A stretch of 64,000 bases of DNA, from contig CAVKAR010000001.1 in NCBI GenBank assembly GCA_963654425.1, forward strand, positions 64,888 to 128,887, in the 5' to 3' direction. The translations under genes were made by a program, and so were the position numbers. Source of the stretch: Lachnospiraceae bacterium (GTDB lineage Bacteria; Bacillota_I; Bacilli_A; RFN20; CAG-826). The notes under the pieces are model-generated. The model had not been told where the DNA came from. It worked only from the letters and a program-made list of their open reading frames with translations, and did no database searches. Below, one piece after another: positions 16,646-27,211 of this stretch (position 1 is the first letter of the stretch; each line of letters opens with the position of its first letter).

Positions 16646-18388
16646 ATGAAAAAGTACGTATTGCCTATTACTTTATTAAGCTTGGCCCTTGCCTCTTGCA
16701 GTGGCGAAGGCTCTTCCGGCGGCTCAGCTTCAAGCATTGACGGCGATGAGCCGATCAATTCTGAAAAAACGCAATTGTATGTGAAAAACTATCAAGGCGG
16801 ATTTGGCTCGAAATGGCTGTATGAAGCGAAAGCCAAATACGAGACGCTACACGCCGATGATTCGTATGAAACTGGCAAAAAGGGCGTCCAGATTGTCGTC
16901 ACGAACCAAAAACAGTATCCTACTTCGGCCGATATCAAGAATGACTATAACCAGGTCTATTTCTTCGAGAGCCTCAATTACATCAATTATCAAAAAGACG
17001 GCGCTTTTGCGGACATTACCAAATACGTCACTGGCACCAATCCTTATGAGACGGACAAAACGATCGAAAGCAAGATGTTCGACCAAGCCAAGGATTTCTA
17101 CGGCATACCCGATGAGAGCGGAAACGTTCATTATTACGCCATCCCTCACTACACCGGCTCAGTGGGCATCATCTATAACAAAAAGGTGTTTGATGACAAA
17201 GGCTATTATTTCGTGGATGGTTACGAAAGCAAAACAGGTGAAGCCAAATTCATCCTTTCCGATAGCGATACAAAGAGCGCTGGCCCAGATGGCAAAAAAG
17301 GAACTTATGACGATGGTTTGCCAGTGACTTATCAAGACTACTACGATTTATGCACCTATATCCGCGGTAGCGGCGATGTCCCGTTCACGCATTTAGGAAA
17401 GAACACCTATAACTATCTCACGGAACTTGCGGCCGTCATGGCTTGTCAAGCCGATGGAGCTACGGCTGATCGTGTCTCTTATACGATGGATGGCGAAATC
17501 ACGGCCGTCAAATTCAACGAGGCGATGACCGATGTCCTTAAAGACGCCGATGGCAACCCGGTGACGGAGAAAGTCACGGTTCATCCAGAGAAAGTCGATG
17601 GCAAATACGATGGATATGAGGTTATTAGAAGCGCTGGGAAATACCATGGGATGGATTTCCTTCACACACTTGTCGAACACAGCGATGTGAGCAAAAGCGA
17701 TAGCTGGCTATATGTCGTGGCCTCTAACGAATCATATGCCCATACCGATGCTCAGAAGAATTTCGTGAATTCGACCTTCAACCGCTTGCCAGGCAAAGCC
17801 GGGCGCGACAAAAACTGCCATATTGCGATGCTTATCGATGGCAGCTGGTGGGAAAGTGAGGCCTCGGATGCCGTGAACGCCCTTTCGGAGAGTGAGAAAT
17901 CGCAGCTCGACTTCGGCTGGATGCCGCTTCCTCGCCCAACTAGCGATAGCGTCTATGACCCAGTCAACCCAGCCACAATTCAGTCGTTTGTCTTCATGAG
18001 AAGCGGCTTAAGCGACAATATCTCTGCTCTCGCTGGCGATTTCATCCAATATATGACCACCGATGAGCAGCTACGCAACTTCACCAAAGTGACCAATACG
18101 AAGAAGACCTATAACTACACCATCGATGATGAGACATATAACAGTATGTCCAAATTCGGCCAGAGTTATTGGAACTATTCCAAGAATTCGACGATCAATC
18201 TTACTTATTCCCGCAATGAGCAATTCAGGAAGACGCTTGGAAACTACTATCTTCCACGCCGTTACTTCACGACTGATCAAATGAGCTTCCCGTATACTGA
18301 ATTCAAAACAAGCTCTAGCGAAACCGCCGGAACTTATCAGGCGAAAATGTATAAGTATTATCGTGACACTGTTTGGAAGACCATATGA
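16646..18388 (+). CDS. ABC transporter extracellular solute-binding lipoprotein (large, LplA/YtcQ-like sugar SBP)
   Basis: Lipobox LALASC. It is 580 aa and rich in aromatic residues and Asp. Two CUT1-type permeases follow immediately. Confidence 0.8.
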   Translation: MKKYVLPITLLSLALASCSGEGSSGGSASSIDGDEPINSEKTQLYVKNYQGGFGSKWLYEAKAKYETLHADDSYETGKKGVQIVVTNQKQYPTSADIKNDYNQVYFFESLNYINYQKDGAFADITKYVTGTNPYETDKTIESKMFDQAKDFYGIPDESGNVHYYAIPHYTGSVGIIYNKKVFDDKGYYFVDGYESKTGEAKFILSDSDTKSAGPDGKKGTYDDGLPVTYQDYYDLCTYIRGSGDVPFTHLGKNTYNYLTELAAVMACQADGATADRVSYTMDGEITAVKFNEAMTDVLKDADGNPVTEKVTVHPEKVDGKYDGYEVIRSAGKYHGMDFLHTLVEHSDVSKSDSWLYVVASNESYAHTDAQKNFVNSTFNRLPGKAGRDKNCHIAMLIDGSWWESEASDAVNALSESEKSQLDFGWMPLPRPTSDSVYDPVNPATIQSFVFMRSGLSDNISALAGDFIQYMTTDEQLRNFTKVTNTKKTYNYTIDDETYNSMSKFGQSYWNYSKNSTINLTYSRNEQFRKTLGNYYLPRRYFTTDQMSFPYTEFKTSSSETAGTYQAKMYKYYRDTVWKTI

Positions 18389-19332
18389 GCCAGCTAAACG
18401 CAGCCACCATAAGTAGAAAAAAGAAAACAAGCCGCACCAAGCGGGAGGATCTGCTCTTTCAGCTGATCCTCCTGGCCTGGCCGGTTCTTCAGTTCTCCGT
18501 TTTCTATATCTACGTCAATATCAACTCATTCCGCCTTGCCTTCAATTTCGGGGAAAACCTGAATGGAGGGTTCTTCTATTATTTCGAGACGCTGTTTGGC
18601 AACGACGGATTCATCAATTTGCTGAAAGCCGCCGGCATCTCTGTCGCTTTGTATTTGGGGACGGCCGTTATCGCTATCCCTTTGGCCCTCTTTTTCGCCT
18701 ATTACATCTCGCGAAAGTATTTTGGGCATAAATTTTTTAAGTTCTTCCTCTTCCTCCCATCCATCATTTCGGCGATGGTCATGTCGATCATCTTCCTCAA
18801 TTTCTGCAACTGGGCGATTCCGGAGATGCTATCCGAGATAGGCGTCCTTATGTTCGAGTCGATTACGAGCAAATACAGCGCCTCTTCCTATATTACTTTG
18901 GCCGCCTTCTATATCTTCATCAACCTTGGAACGACGACGATGATCTATTCAAATAGGATGAGCGAGCTTCCGGGTGAGTTATATGAAGCCGCGGCTTTAG
19001 AGGGCGTGAAACCGTTCCAGGAATTTTGGTATATCGTTCTCCCTTTCACCTATCCGACATTGACGACTTTCATCGTCACTGGCGTAGCGACTATTTTCAC
19101 GAATCAATACAACCTCTTTACCTTCTATAGTTCGGATTTGGCGAATATGGGCCCCGGCACTATCGGCTACATCATTTATAACAACGTGCAGTCGAGCGCT
19201 ACAAACGGGGATTATTCCTCTTTCAATTTCCATCAGATGGCGGCGTTAGGCATTGTTTGCACCGTTATCATCATCCCAATCGTATTCGGCCTTAAATACT
19301 TATTGGAGCACAAAGGCCCAAGTGAGGACTGA
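18385..19332 (+). CDS. carbohydrate ABC transporter permease (MalF/LplB-like)
   Basis: The ATG at 18385 overlaps the SBP stop (ATGA). It is a multi-TM protein with an EAA-like loop (EAAALEGVKPFQEFWYIVLP). Confidence 0.85.
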   Translation: MSQLNAATISRKKKTSRTKREDLLFQLILLAWPVLQFSVFYIYVNINSFRLAFNFGENLNGGFFYYFETLFGNDGFINLLKAAGISVALYLGTAVIAIPLALFFAYYISRKYFGHKFFKFFLFLPSIISAMVMSIIFLNFCNWAIPEMLSEIGVLMFESITSKYSASSYITLAAFYIFINLGTTTMIYSNRMSELPGELYEAAALEGVKPFQEFWYIVLPFTYPTLTTFIVTGVATIFTNQYNLFTFYSSDLANMGPGTIGYIIYNNVQSSATNGDYSSFNFHQMAALGIVCTVIIIPIVFGLKYLLEHKGPSED

Positions 19333-19336
19333 CGAT

Positions 19337-20254
19337 ATGAAAAGAACGCTTGTTTTTAGTAGAAAAAGCCACCTTGAGAAAAAGAAATGGAGCCCCTTCA
19401 CCATCATCATTTTGGTGGTGCTTCTCATTTATACCGTTGCTCTTGCCGGTCTACTATATTGGGCTATCATTACCTCTTTCAAATCCGATAACGAGCTCGT
19501 TAATGAGGCCAATTACTACAAGTGGCCAATGGAATTCACCTCCCATTACGCTTCGGTTCTGAAGAATTTCACGATGAGCGGGGGCAAAGGCACCCGCTTG
19601 AATTTCTGGCAAATTGTCGGGAATACGCTTATTTATGCTTTGGGGAGCGCCTTTTTCAAGACGCTTGTTCCTTGCTTAACGGCCTATGCTTGCGCGCGCT
19701 TTGATTTCAAGCCTGGCAAAGTCGTTTATACGGCCGTGCTTGTGGCGATGGTCGTCCCGATCGTCGGAAGCCTTCCAAGCGAATTATCCGTTGCCTATTC
19801 CTTCCGAATTGGCGATTACTCGCTTATCGTCAATAACCTCGTCGGCGTATGGATTCTCAAAGCGAACACGCTTGGTCTTTATTTCTTTGTCATGTATGCC
19901 TCATTCAAGGCGATGCCTTCGACTTTCTTTGAAGCCGCCCGCATCGATGGGGCCAATAACTGGCAAATCCTCTTCCATATCGCCTTGCCTCTCATCAAAA
20001 ACATCTTCTTCACTGTCCTTCTCATCAATTTCGTCGAATTCTGGAACGATTATCAGACGCCGATGGTCTATCTCACGGAGAAAGCGACGCTTGGTTACTC
20101 TCTCTGGTACAAGTTCTTCAACGATTCGACTTATTCGACTCTCCCCATCATCATGACGACAACGATTCTCGTTTCTTCGCCTGTCGTCATCCTCTTCATC
20201 ATTTTCAAAGACCGTTTCATGGGTTCTCTTACCGTGGGCGGAATCAAAGGATAA
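19337..20254 (+). CDS. carbohydrate ABC transporter permease (MalG/LplC-like)
   Basis: The ATG at 19337 (MKRTLVF) is 5 nt after the upstream stop. The EAA loop reads FEAARIDGANNWQILFHIALP. Confidence 0.85.
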   Translation: MKRTLVFSRKSHLEKKKWSPFTIIILVVLLIYTVALAGLLYWAIITSFKSDNELVNEANYYKWPMEFTSHYASVLKNFTMSGGKGTRLNFWQIVGNTLIYALGSAFFKTLVPCLTAYACARFDFKPGKVVYTAVLVAMVVPIVGSLPSELSVAYSFRIGDYSLIVNNLVGVWILKANTLGLYFFVMYASFKAMPSTFFEAARIDGANNWQILFHIALPLIKNIFFTVLLINFVEFWNDYQTPMVYLTEKATLGYSLWYKFFNDSTYSTLPIIMTTTILVSSPVVILFIIFKDRFMGSLTVGGIKG

Positions 20255-20264
20255 AGGAGCAATT

Positions 20265-23200
20265 ATGAAACTGAAAGTCGTCTCCCTCGGAGCAATCATC
20301 CTGGGCTTAGGCCTATCCATTGGGGGAAGAGAGACGCTGCGCGTTGGCTGGAACGAATTCAACGCAAGCGACATCTCTTATGGAACAAGCGCCGCTGCGC
20401 CTAGCATGAGCTACAACTATAGTGGCAAAGATTACCCCGCAACTTGCGTCGTTACCCTCCCTAATGGAGAAGAGGTGAGCGGTGATGAACTGTCTTATTC
20501 AATGTATGGCGTTTATACATTCACCTATACCGTGAATGTTGATGGCGAAATCCATTCCGTGATCAAGACATACGAAATCCCTTACCCCGAATTCGGGGTC
20601 TCGAACGTCGAGAAAAGCTCGATTACTTATTTATCGGCGACCGATGCGAAGCAATATAAGGCGAGCACGCCGGGTGCCCTCATCAAACTCGCATATGGCG
20701 ACACCGTGACTTTCACCGAACCCATTTCCGTAAGTGAGCTCACGGCGACGAACATGCTTTTGAAAGGATATATCATCCCCTCGATTGAGAGTGCGGCTGA
20801 TTTCACCCAGCTTGTTGTCACGTTGACTGACATGAATGATCCAAGCATCTACGTCAAAGAGCAATATTATTCGCATGGCCAAACCTCCAGCATCATGGCT
20901 AGAAGCAATGCGCAGAGCACTTATGCCGGCATGCATGATGACCAAGGCCTTCACGTAAACGATACCTGGGGAACCTGGAGCGGCGTTTCTTTTGTTGGCG
21001 CGAACGCCTATGACAGCTATACGAATACTGAGCCAGACAAAGCCTTTTTCACCATTGGCTACGACAATGCCACAAAGACGGTTTATGGCACGAAATATAG
21101 TCGAGGCGAGACGATGGATGGGGCTGTTTTGACGCTTGATTCGCCCTTGCTTTCTTCAGCTTTTGAAGGCTTTAAGAGCGACAAAGTCAAAATGAGCATC
21201 AGCTGCGAGGGATATTCTTCTTCGACGGCGAATATCGTTATCACCGATTTCCGCGGAAAAGGCGCAGAGGTTGTCAAAAACAATGTCTTTGAAGACAAAG
21301 AAGGACCGGTTATCACTCTTGATGCCGATTCTGATTTCCCTGCTGGCGCCATCGGCTATAGCTATCCTGTCCCCTCAGCCACGGCTTTTGATGAAATCAG
21401 CGGAGAGAGCAAAGTCGAAACCAAAGTCATTTATAACTACGCAAACCCTGATTCATCGGTTGATATCGCCATCGTTGACGGGCGCTTCCAAATGGACAAA
21501 CCAGGCGTTTATAGCATTGTTTATACCGCGAAAGACTATGCCGGCAATATTGGAAAACTCGTGAAATCCGTTTCGGTCATGGAAAAAATAGACGCCCCTG
21601 ACTTCGATCTGCCAACCCACCAAAGCGAAGCGGCGGTAGGTTCCTATTTAAAGCTTGATGATGCCACCAATTTGCACAATGGATGCGGGGATTTGACCCA
21701 AAAAATATACGTCAAGCACGGGGATAGCGAAGAAGAAGTGACTGACGGCGTTCGCCTGCTTGAGATGACCCCTTATACGATAACTTATGAAGTAACCGAT
21801 ATGATCGGCGAAGTCAGCAAAAAGAGCTATACGGTGAATGTCGTCGATGGGAAACTTCCGATTCTTGAAAACGAGATTACGTATCCACGCTATTTAATTT
21901 CGAGCGGCGGTTATTACATCCCGGAATCCTATGCCTATTATTACGACTCGAATACGCTGAAGCATGAATACCCGACTATCCAAATCACCGATGCTTCTGG
22001 CAGCATAGACTATAAGCCAGGCGAACTATATCGACCAAACATCACTGCCGCAAACGACAAGGTGAAAATCAAAACGGTCTATAACGGCACCGTTTTGCAG
22101 GAAGATGAAATCCAAGGCATTCTCCCTTATGGGACGAAAGATAACGCAAACGCCTTGAATCTGAGCAACTACTTCTTGGGCTCTGGCTACGATAAGAGCC
22201 TTGAAAAGAACGGCATGCGCATTATCACGGAAGGGGAAACGGCGACGATTGAATTCGCTAACGCCTTAATGACGGCCAATGCGAGCCTCACTTTATCCGA
22301 TGTTCAATCGATGAAAGCCGGTTCGTCGATCAAAGTAACTTTTATCGATTCGCTTGATAAGAGCAAGGCGATATCAGCCGTTATTTCCTATAGCGGAATA
22401 GCGACTTATCTTGAGGTCTCTGGGACGAAGAAGCAGCTCTTCAACAATGATTTCAATACCGCTGCTTCTTCGTATGCATTGATTTACGAAAACGGGAATA
22501 TCTCCATCGGCGATGTGAGTCTGCCGGTTCTTGCCTATGATGATGGGACTTCATTCGCTGGATTCAGCTCAGAGCGCGTTTACGCCTCAATCTCCATATC
22601 GGGCGAAAACGGTTCCTCTTTCTTGTTCGAAAGCGTATCTCAATATGTATTCTCCAGCGATACCATTCGCGACCGTATCGCTCCGGTGATCCAGGCAGGC
22701 GATGATCTTGGCGGCACTGAGAAATACGGCAGCATATACACTATCGCCCCTGCTTATTCCTTTGACGTCATCTCGCCTCTTGTGAGCTTCTCGATGAGCG
22801 TTACGGCTCCAGACGGCAATCCCGCAAAAGACATCAACGGGGTTGAGTTATCTGATGTCGACCCGCGTCAATCCTACTCATTGGCGCTTGATCAATATGG
22901 CGAATACTATTTCACCCTTATTTCTTGTGAGGATAGCGGTTTCGCGACGAAGGCCAATCAAGCGATGGTAACTTATCTAGTCCGTGTATATGACGATAAA
23001 TGCCCGAATCTTTCCTGGACATCGACTTTGCCAAGCACGGCAAAAGTCGGCGACAGCGTTCGTTTCCCGACCTTCCTCGCTTCAGATGAAGTCACTAGCG
23101 ATGAGGATTTGATAATCGTCAAATCGATCATCAATCCAAACGGGCGCACGGTGCACTGGTATGACGATAGCTATGATGGCATCGTCTTCAAATACGCCGG

Positions 23201-23282
23201 CGTCTATACATTCAGAGTCACGGCCTTCGATGAAGCCGGCAACTGCATCAGCATTTCGCAAACCGTGACAGTGGAGGAATAA
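20265..23282 (+). CDS. 1005-aa membrane-anchored/secreted surface protein with repeated Ig-like (DUF5011/HYR-like) modules
   Basis: It has an N-terminal hydrophobic anchor (VVSLGAIILGLGLSIGG). A recurring module has the form 'D(K/R)xxPVI...(A/S)xD...G.Y.(I/F).Y.(A/V).D..GN'. Examples are DKEGPVITLD...GVYSIVYTAKDYAGN, DRIAPVIQAG... and DKCPNLSW...GVYTFRVTAFDEAGN. Confidence 0.7.
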   Translation: MKLKVVSLGAIILGLGLSIGGRETLRVGWNEFNASDISYGTSAAAPSMSYNYSGKDYPATCVVTLPNGEEVSGDELSYSMYGVYTFTYTVNVDGEIHSVIKTYEIPYPEFGVSNVEKSSITYLSATDAKQYKASTPGALIKLAYGDTVTFTEPISVSELTATNMLLKGYIIPSIESAADFTQLVVTLTDMNDPSIYVKEQYYSHGQTSSIMARSNAQSTYAGMHDDQGLHVNDTWGTWSGVSFVGANAYDSYTNTEPDKAFFTIGYDNATKTVYGTKYSRGETMDGAVLTLDSPLLSSAFEGFKSDKVKMSISCEGYSSSTANIVITDFRGKGAEVVKNNVFEDKEGPVITLDADSDFPAGAIGYSYPVPSATAFDEISGESKVETKVIYNYANPDSSVDIAIVDGRFQMDKPGVYSIVYTAKDYAGNIGKLVKSVSVMEKIDAPDFDLPTHQSEAAVGSYLKLDDATNLHNGCGDLTQKIYVKHGDSEEEVTDGVRLLEMTPYTITYEVTDMIGEVSKKSYTVNVVDGKLPILENEITYPRYLISSGGYYIPESYAYYYDSNTLKHEYPTIQITDASGSIDYKPGELYRPNITAANDKVKIKTVYNGTVLQEDEIQGILPYGTKDNANALNLSNYFLGSGYDKSLEKNGMRIITEGETATIEFANALMTANASLTLSDVQSMKAGSSIKVTFIDSLDKSKAISAVISYSGIATYLEVSGTKKQLFNNDFNTAASSYALIYENGNISIGDVSLPVLAYDDGTSFAGFSSERVYASISISGENGSSFLFESVSQYVFSSDTIRDRIAPVIQAGDDLGGTEKYGSIYTIAPAYSFDVISPLVSFSMSVTAPDGNPAKDINGVELSDVDPRQSYSLALDQYGEYYFTLISCEDSGFATKANQAMVTYLVRVYDDKCPNLSWTSTLPSTAKVGDSVRFPTFLASDEVTSDEDLIIVKSIINPNGRTVHWYDDSYDGIVFKYAGVYTFRVTAFDEAGNCISISQTVTVEE

Positions 23283-23286
23283 AACG

Positions 23287-25317
23287 ATGAAATTAAAAGC
23301 AAAGCACTTGTTGCTAATGATCTCTTCTCTTACTTTGTCTTCTGTTCTCGCCTCATGTCAATCAGACGATGGCAAGAGCAGTCAGTCTTCCGACTATTCT
23401 ACGGATACTTCAGTCTCCAAGCCAGTCGAAGACGGCGGCGTGCCGCTGCTTGAAGAAGGGACGCTCCATAAAATCTCGGTCCAAGAGAATAGCCTTCGTA
23501 GTTTCATAAAGAAAAGCGGCGATAAATTGTCTAGTGATTACAAAATAATCTACGATGATTCCGATAGCGATGTCGTGACGGCCGCGAATTATTTCTGCTC
23601 TCAGATAACGAGCGCCTCAGGATATTCTTTGCCTCTCGTTAAAAAGAGCGAATTTGCCGGCGGCTTGAGCAAAACAAGCAAATACATCGTCATCGGCTGC
23701 TACGATTTGTTCATCGAATCCGGCAAGACGATGCCAGAGGATAATCTCGGGATATCTGGATATTACATCAGCAGTTACGGTAATTCCTTGTTCTTCGTGG
23801 CGCCCCATAGCGAAGGATACCACATGGGCGTTCTCCGCCTTCTCAATGCCATTTGCGGATTCGATATGATAAGCGAAGACACGATTGTGTTTGAAAACGC
23901 CGCTGAGACGCTTCCCGATATCGAAATCATCGAAGCTCCGGATTCGCAGTGGCGCAATTACACGAACTATATCACCGATGCCACCAAATACGGATTGGGC
24001 TTTAGCCTCAATTTCGAGATGATGAGGGTCGTCAGGAAAGATGGGAAAACCGGCGCGACGGTCCATAACATCTTCGACTATTTGCCAAAAGACACATATG
24101 CAAATTCGAAAAATGCCGATTCATATCACCCAGAATGGTACAGCGAGGATCTCTCTCAGCTCTGTTACACAGCCCATGGCAACCAAGAATCACTGAGCAA
24201 GATGGTCGATGCGGTCTATGAAGTTCTCGAAGCCACGGTTGACGCCAACCCAAACGCCTCTATTTGCTCTTTCACTCAAGCCGATATAAGCACATCTTGC
24301 ACCTGCGAGGCTTGCCTTGCGCAAAAAGCAAAGGATGGTGCTGTCTCTGGTGCCCTCATCAGATTCGCCAACAAGCTCGATGATAAACTTCAAGAGCATT
24401 TAAAAGAGGAAGCCGAGAAAAACAAAACGGAGAAGAGAACTGTATATGTTTGCTTCTTCTCCTATCATGCCTCTTTTGAACCGCCGACAACCTCAGTTGA
24501 AGAAGATCCTACCTTGAAATGCAATGATGACGTGATGGTCTTCACCGCCCCGATTTATGCCAATTACACAAAATCATTCTATGAGGACGTGAACTCCCGT
24601 TATGCCACGAACATCATTGATTGGAGCAAATACACCAAGAACATCATGGCTTGGGTTTATGAAACCGATTATCACCATTATATGTATCCGTATAACACCT
24701 ACTCGTCGATGATGGAGACGTATCGCTTCCTTAAGCAATATGGGGCTTATGCCATTTATAACGAAGGCCAGCGTGCTTCCAATAACGTCACGTGCTTTGG
24801 GAAACTCAAGGAATATCTCGATGCGAAAGCGCAGATTGACGTCAACGCCTCATATACTGAATGCACGAACAAATTCTTTGAGAATTATTTCGATGATGCC
24901 GCTCCTATCATGCGCAATTACTATGAAGAGATGAGGGCTAGAGAGACCTATCTTGAAGACCACGAAGAACTATATGGCTTAGGCGGAGGTGTGTATCAAG
25001 AAATCGGCTCTGATCCCGCTTATTGGCCAAAACAATTGCTTTTGCGCTGGTTGGACCAGATGAACGAAGCCGAGAAAGCGATCGCCCATTATAAGACCAG
25101 CGAGCCAATCAAATACGCAAGACTCCATAAGCATATTCTTATCGAGACCCTTTTCCCTCGCTACGCCTTATGCGACCTCCATGCTGACACCTATTCGAAT
25201 AGTGAGATAACCGCTCTCCGCAAAGCTTTCAAAGCCGATGGGGATTCCCTGGGTCTGATTGAGCATATGGAACACCACTACATTACTGAGAAATACGAAG
25301 AGTGGGGCATCAATTAA
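23287..25317 (+). CDS. DUF4838-like surface lipoprotein (putative glycan-active)
   Basis: Lipobox VLASC. The central segment HPEWYSEDLSQLCYT...CSFTQADISTSCTCEACLAQKAKDGAVSGALIRFANKL...VCFFSYHASFEPP matches my recollection of the DUF4838 core (HPEW...C-x-C-x2-C...FxN). Needs HMM confirmation. Confidence 0.6.
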   Translation: MKLKAKHLLLMISSLTLSSVLASCQSDDGKSSQSSDYSTDTSVSKPVEDGGVPLLEEGTLHKISVQENSLRSFIKKSGDKLSSDYKIIYDDSDSDVVTAANYFCSQITSASGYSLPLVKKSEFAGGLSKTSKYIVIGCYDLFIESGKTMPEDNLGISGYYISSYGNSLFFVAPHSEGYHMGVLRLLNAICGFDMISEDTIVFENAAETLPDIEIIEAPDSQWRNYTNYITDATKYGLGFSLNFEMMRVVRKDGKTGATVHNIFDYLPKDTYANSKNADSYHPEWYSEDLSQLCYTAHGNQESLSKMVDAVYEVLEATVDANPNASICSFTQADISTSCTCEACLAQKAKDGAVSGALIRFANKLDDKLQEHLKEEAEKNKTEKRTVYVCFFSYHASFEPPTTSVEEDPTLKCNDDVMVFTAPIYANYTKSFYEDVNSRYATNIIDWSKYTKNIMAWVYETDYHHYMYPYNTYSSMMETYRFLKQYGAYAIYNEGQRASNNVTCFGKLKEYLDAKAQIDVNASYTECTNKFFENYFDDAAPIMRNYYEEMRARETYLEDHEELYGLGGGVYQEIGSDPAYWPKQLLLRWLDQMNEAEKAIAHYKTSEPIKYARLHKHILIETLFPRYALCDLHADTYSNSEITALRKAFKADGDSLGLIEHMEHHYITEKYEEWGIN

Positions 25318-25328
25318 GGAGCAAATAG

Positions 25329-27206
25329 ATGAAAAAACAATTAGCGATCTTCATGCTTGGCGTTTGCTCGCTTGGCATGCTCACATCATGCGTGAATGAT
25401 AATCCATCCTCTTCCTCATCTTCGCAAACGCAAACGAAAACGGATTCACTTTACCTTACTCTATACGCAAAAAGTGCCTATTCGCCTGACCTTAGCGGAG
25501 ATTTTGAGGCTAAATCAAGCGATGAGTCGATGCTCGATTACAAAGATGGATATGTGCTCACTTATGGCAAAGAAGGTAATGGGACCATCACCTTTTCGTC
25601 CAAAGCCGCCATTGTCGTGCTCTCTGTCTATATCGAAAAAGACGCAACCTTGCCTTCTTTCTCTTTGCTCCATAATGAGATTTCCGTCTATAAAAACGCC
25701 ACATACGAATTACCATTCACTCTTTCTTATGGAGAAAGCGATGTCACCTCTTATTTGGAAAAGGTGAACGTCGTTAAAGAGACGGGGGAGGAGGTTGCTA
25801 CCATAACCCGAAACGGTTCTAACCTATCGATTGTGGGAAAAGCGACGGGAAGGGCAACCTACACCATCTCGGCGGAATTCCTAGGCTATAACGTCTCAAA
25901 GCAACTCATCGTCAATACGAAAGAAGACAGCTCCTTCTTTGTTTATGGCGAAAGGATGAACTATGACGATGAAGGGCCGAAGTACGCCATCAAAATGTAC
26001 GGCTATTCATCCAATCCATTGGTTTTGTCAAACGACTTAAAGGCAAGTTACAACGGCAAGGCCGTAGAATATTCATCTCTAAAAATAGAGGTCCAAAGCA
26101 ATGATTTTCTTTCTTTGGATAGCAAAGGAAAGGTCTCTCTTTCCAAAGCTGGCTCAACCACGCTCACGGTGAGCTATGAAGGGAAGAGCGTTACGATTCG
26201 CCTTTCGGCGTATAAAGAAATCGTAAATAACTATTCTCTCGAGCTTCCCGATCATAATTTCTCTTTGGAAAAAGAGGTTACAATTGATAAGAATTCCAAT
26301 AGTAGAACCTTCTCCGATTCAGATTCAGCCGTTTATAAATCCATTTCGATACCAGAAAGCTATGGCGATTTCACAAGCGTCGATTCCTTATTGGTGGATG
26401 GAATGAAAATCACCGCAAAAGAAGCCTCTTATTTGACATATGAGGCCGATAAAAGAACCATGAATATTGATTCGAGGCTCTTTGACGCTTCTTATTACGG
26501 CGTCAAATCAGTGACGGCGATTTTGGAAAGCCCTGAATATCTGGTTGAATTCAATTTCGATCTTCTTTTCATTACAAAAACGATTACGACTTTCGCTGAT
26601 TTCGGTAAATATATCGCGCAAGCTTTCCATACCGACGTGATCATCGGATATTATGTTCTTGGGAACGATATCGACGCAAAAGGCGCTTATTCTGCTGGAA
26701 GCTGGACAACGAGCGGGTGGAATTTCTCGGCCGGTTTCCGCGGTACGCTTGACGGGAATGGCCACGCAATCAAAAACATGAAAGCGAGCGAATACGGAAT
26801 CAGCGGCATCATTGGCGAAGGGGCTATTATCGAGAATATCGACTTCAAGGACGTCACTTATTTATCTCAAGGTAGCAATGGCCAGCAATACGCCTTGTTT
26901 GCTAGAGGCATGAAAGGTGCGAGTTTGCGTAACATAAGCATTACGCTCAGCGCCGATTCCAAAACCGATGTTGGAGAGGCTGGCGCTGGCAAATCGATGG
27001 GCTTTTTCACCATCGAGAAAGCGGAAGGATGCAGTTTTGAGCATGTTAAAGTCGATGCTACCGGTTTCGATATGCTGACCCTGGTCGGAAAACAAGCGAG
27101 CAATACCGTCTATAGCGATTGCGAGCTTATTTGCAAAAGCCTAAAATTCGTTTATGGCGGAGTTGCGATTTCCGATGTGACCGGCATTAAGCTGACTAAT
27201 GCTTGA
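25329..27206 (+). CDS. surface lipoprotein with Ig-like (Big_2-like) repeats and a C-terminal GLUG/beta-helix-like module
   Basis: Lipobox GMLTSC. The C-terminal FRGTLDGNGHAIKNMKASEYGISGIIGEGAIIENIDFKDV is paralogous to the C-terminus of the 13420-15282 product. Confidence 0.8.
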   Translation: MKKQLAIFMLGVCSLGMLTSCVNDNPSSSSSSQTQTKTDSLYLTLYAKSAYSPDLSGDFEAKSSDESMLDYKDGYVLTYGKEGNGTITFSSKAAIVVLSVYIEKDATLPSFSLLHNEISVYKNATYELPFTLSYGESDVTSYLEKVNVVKETGEEVATITRNGSNLSIVGKATGRATYTISAEFLGYNVSKQLIVNTKEDSSFFVYGERMNYDDEGPKYAIKMYGYSSNPLVLSNDLKASYNGKAVEYSSLKIEVQSNDFLSLDSKGKVSLSKAGSTTLTVSYEGKSVTIRLSAYKEIVNNYSLELPDHNFSLEKEVTIDKNSNSRTFSDSDSAVYKSISIPESYGDFTSVDSLLVDGMKITAKEASYLTYEADKRTMNIDSRLFDASYYGVKSVTAILESPEYLVEFNFDLLFITKTITTFADFGKYIAQAFHTDVIIGYYVLGNDIDAKGAYSAGSWTTSGWNFSAGFRGTLDGNGHAIKNMKASEYGISGIIGEGAIIENIDFKDVTYLSQGSNGQQYALFARGMKGASLRNISITLSADSKTDVGEAGAGKSMGFFTIEKAEGCSFEHVKVDATGFDMLTLVGKQASNTVYSDCELICKSLKFVYGGVAISDVTGIKLTNA

Positions 27207-27211
27207 TTTAT

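Noticed and set aside
16803-17327. A 174-aa +2-frame ORF inside the SBP gene. Similar off-frame ORFs lie inside the permease genes (19686-20156 on the plus strand, 19901-20374 on the minus strand).
   Set aside because: They are nested in genes with clear family motifs. Their Arg/Ser/Thr-rich low-complexity translations indicate frame artefacts.
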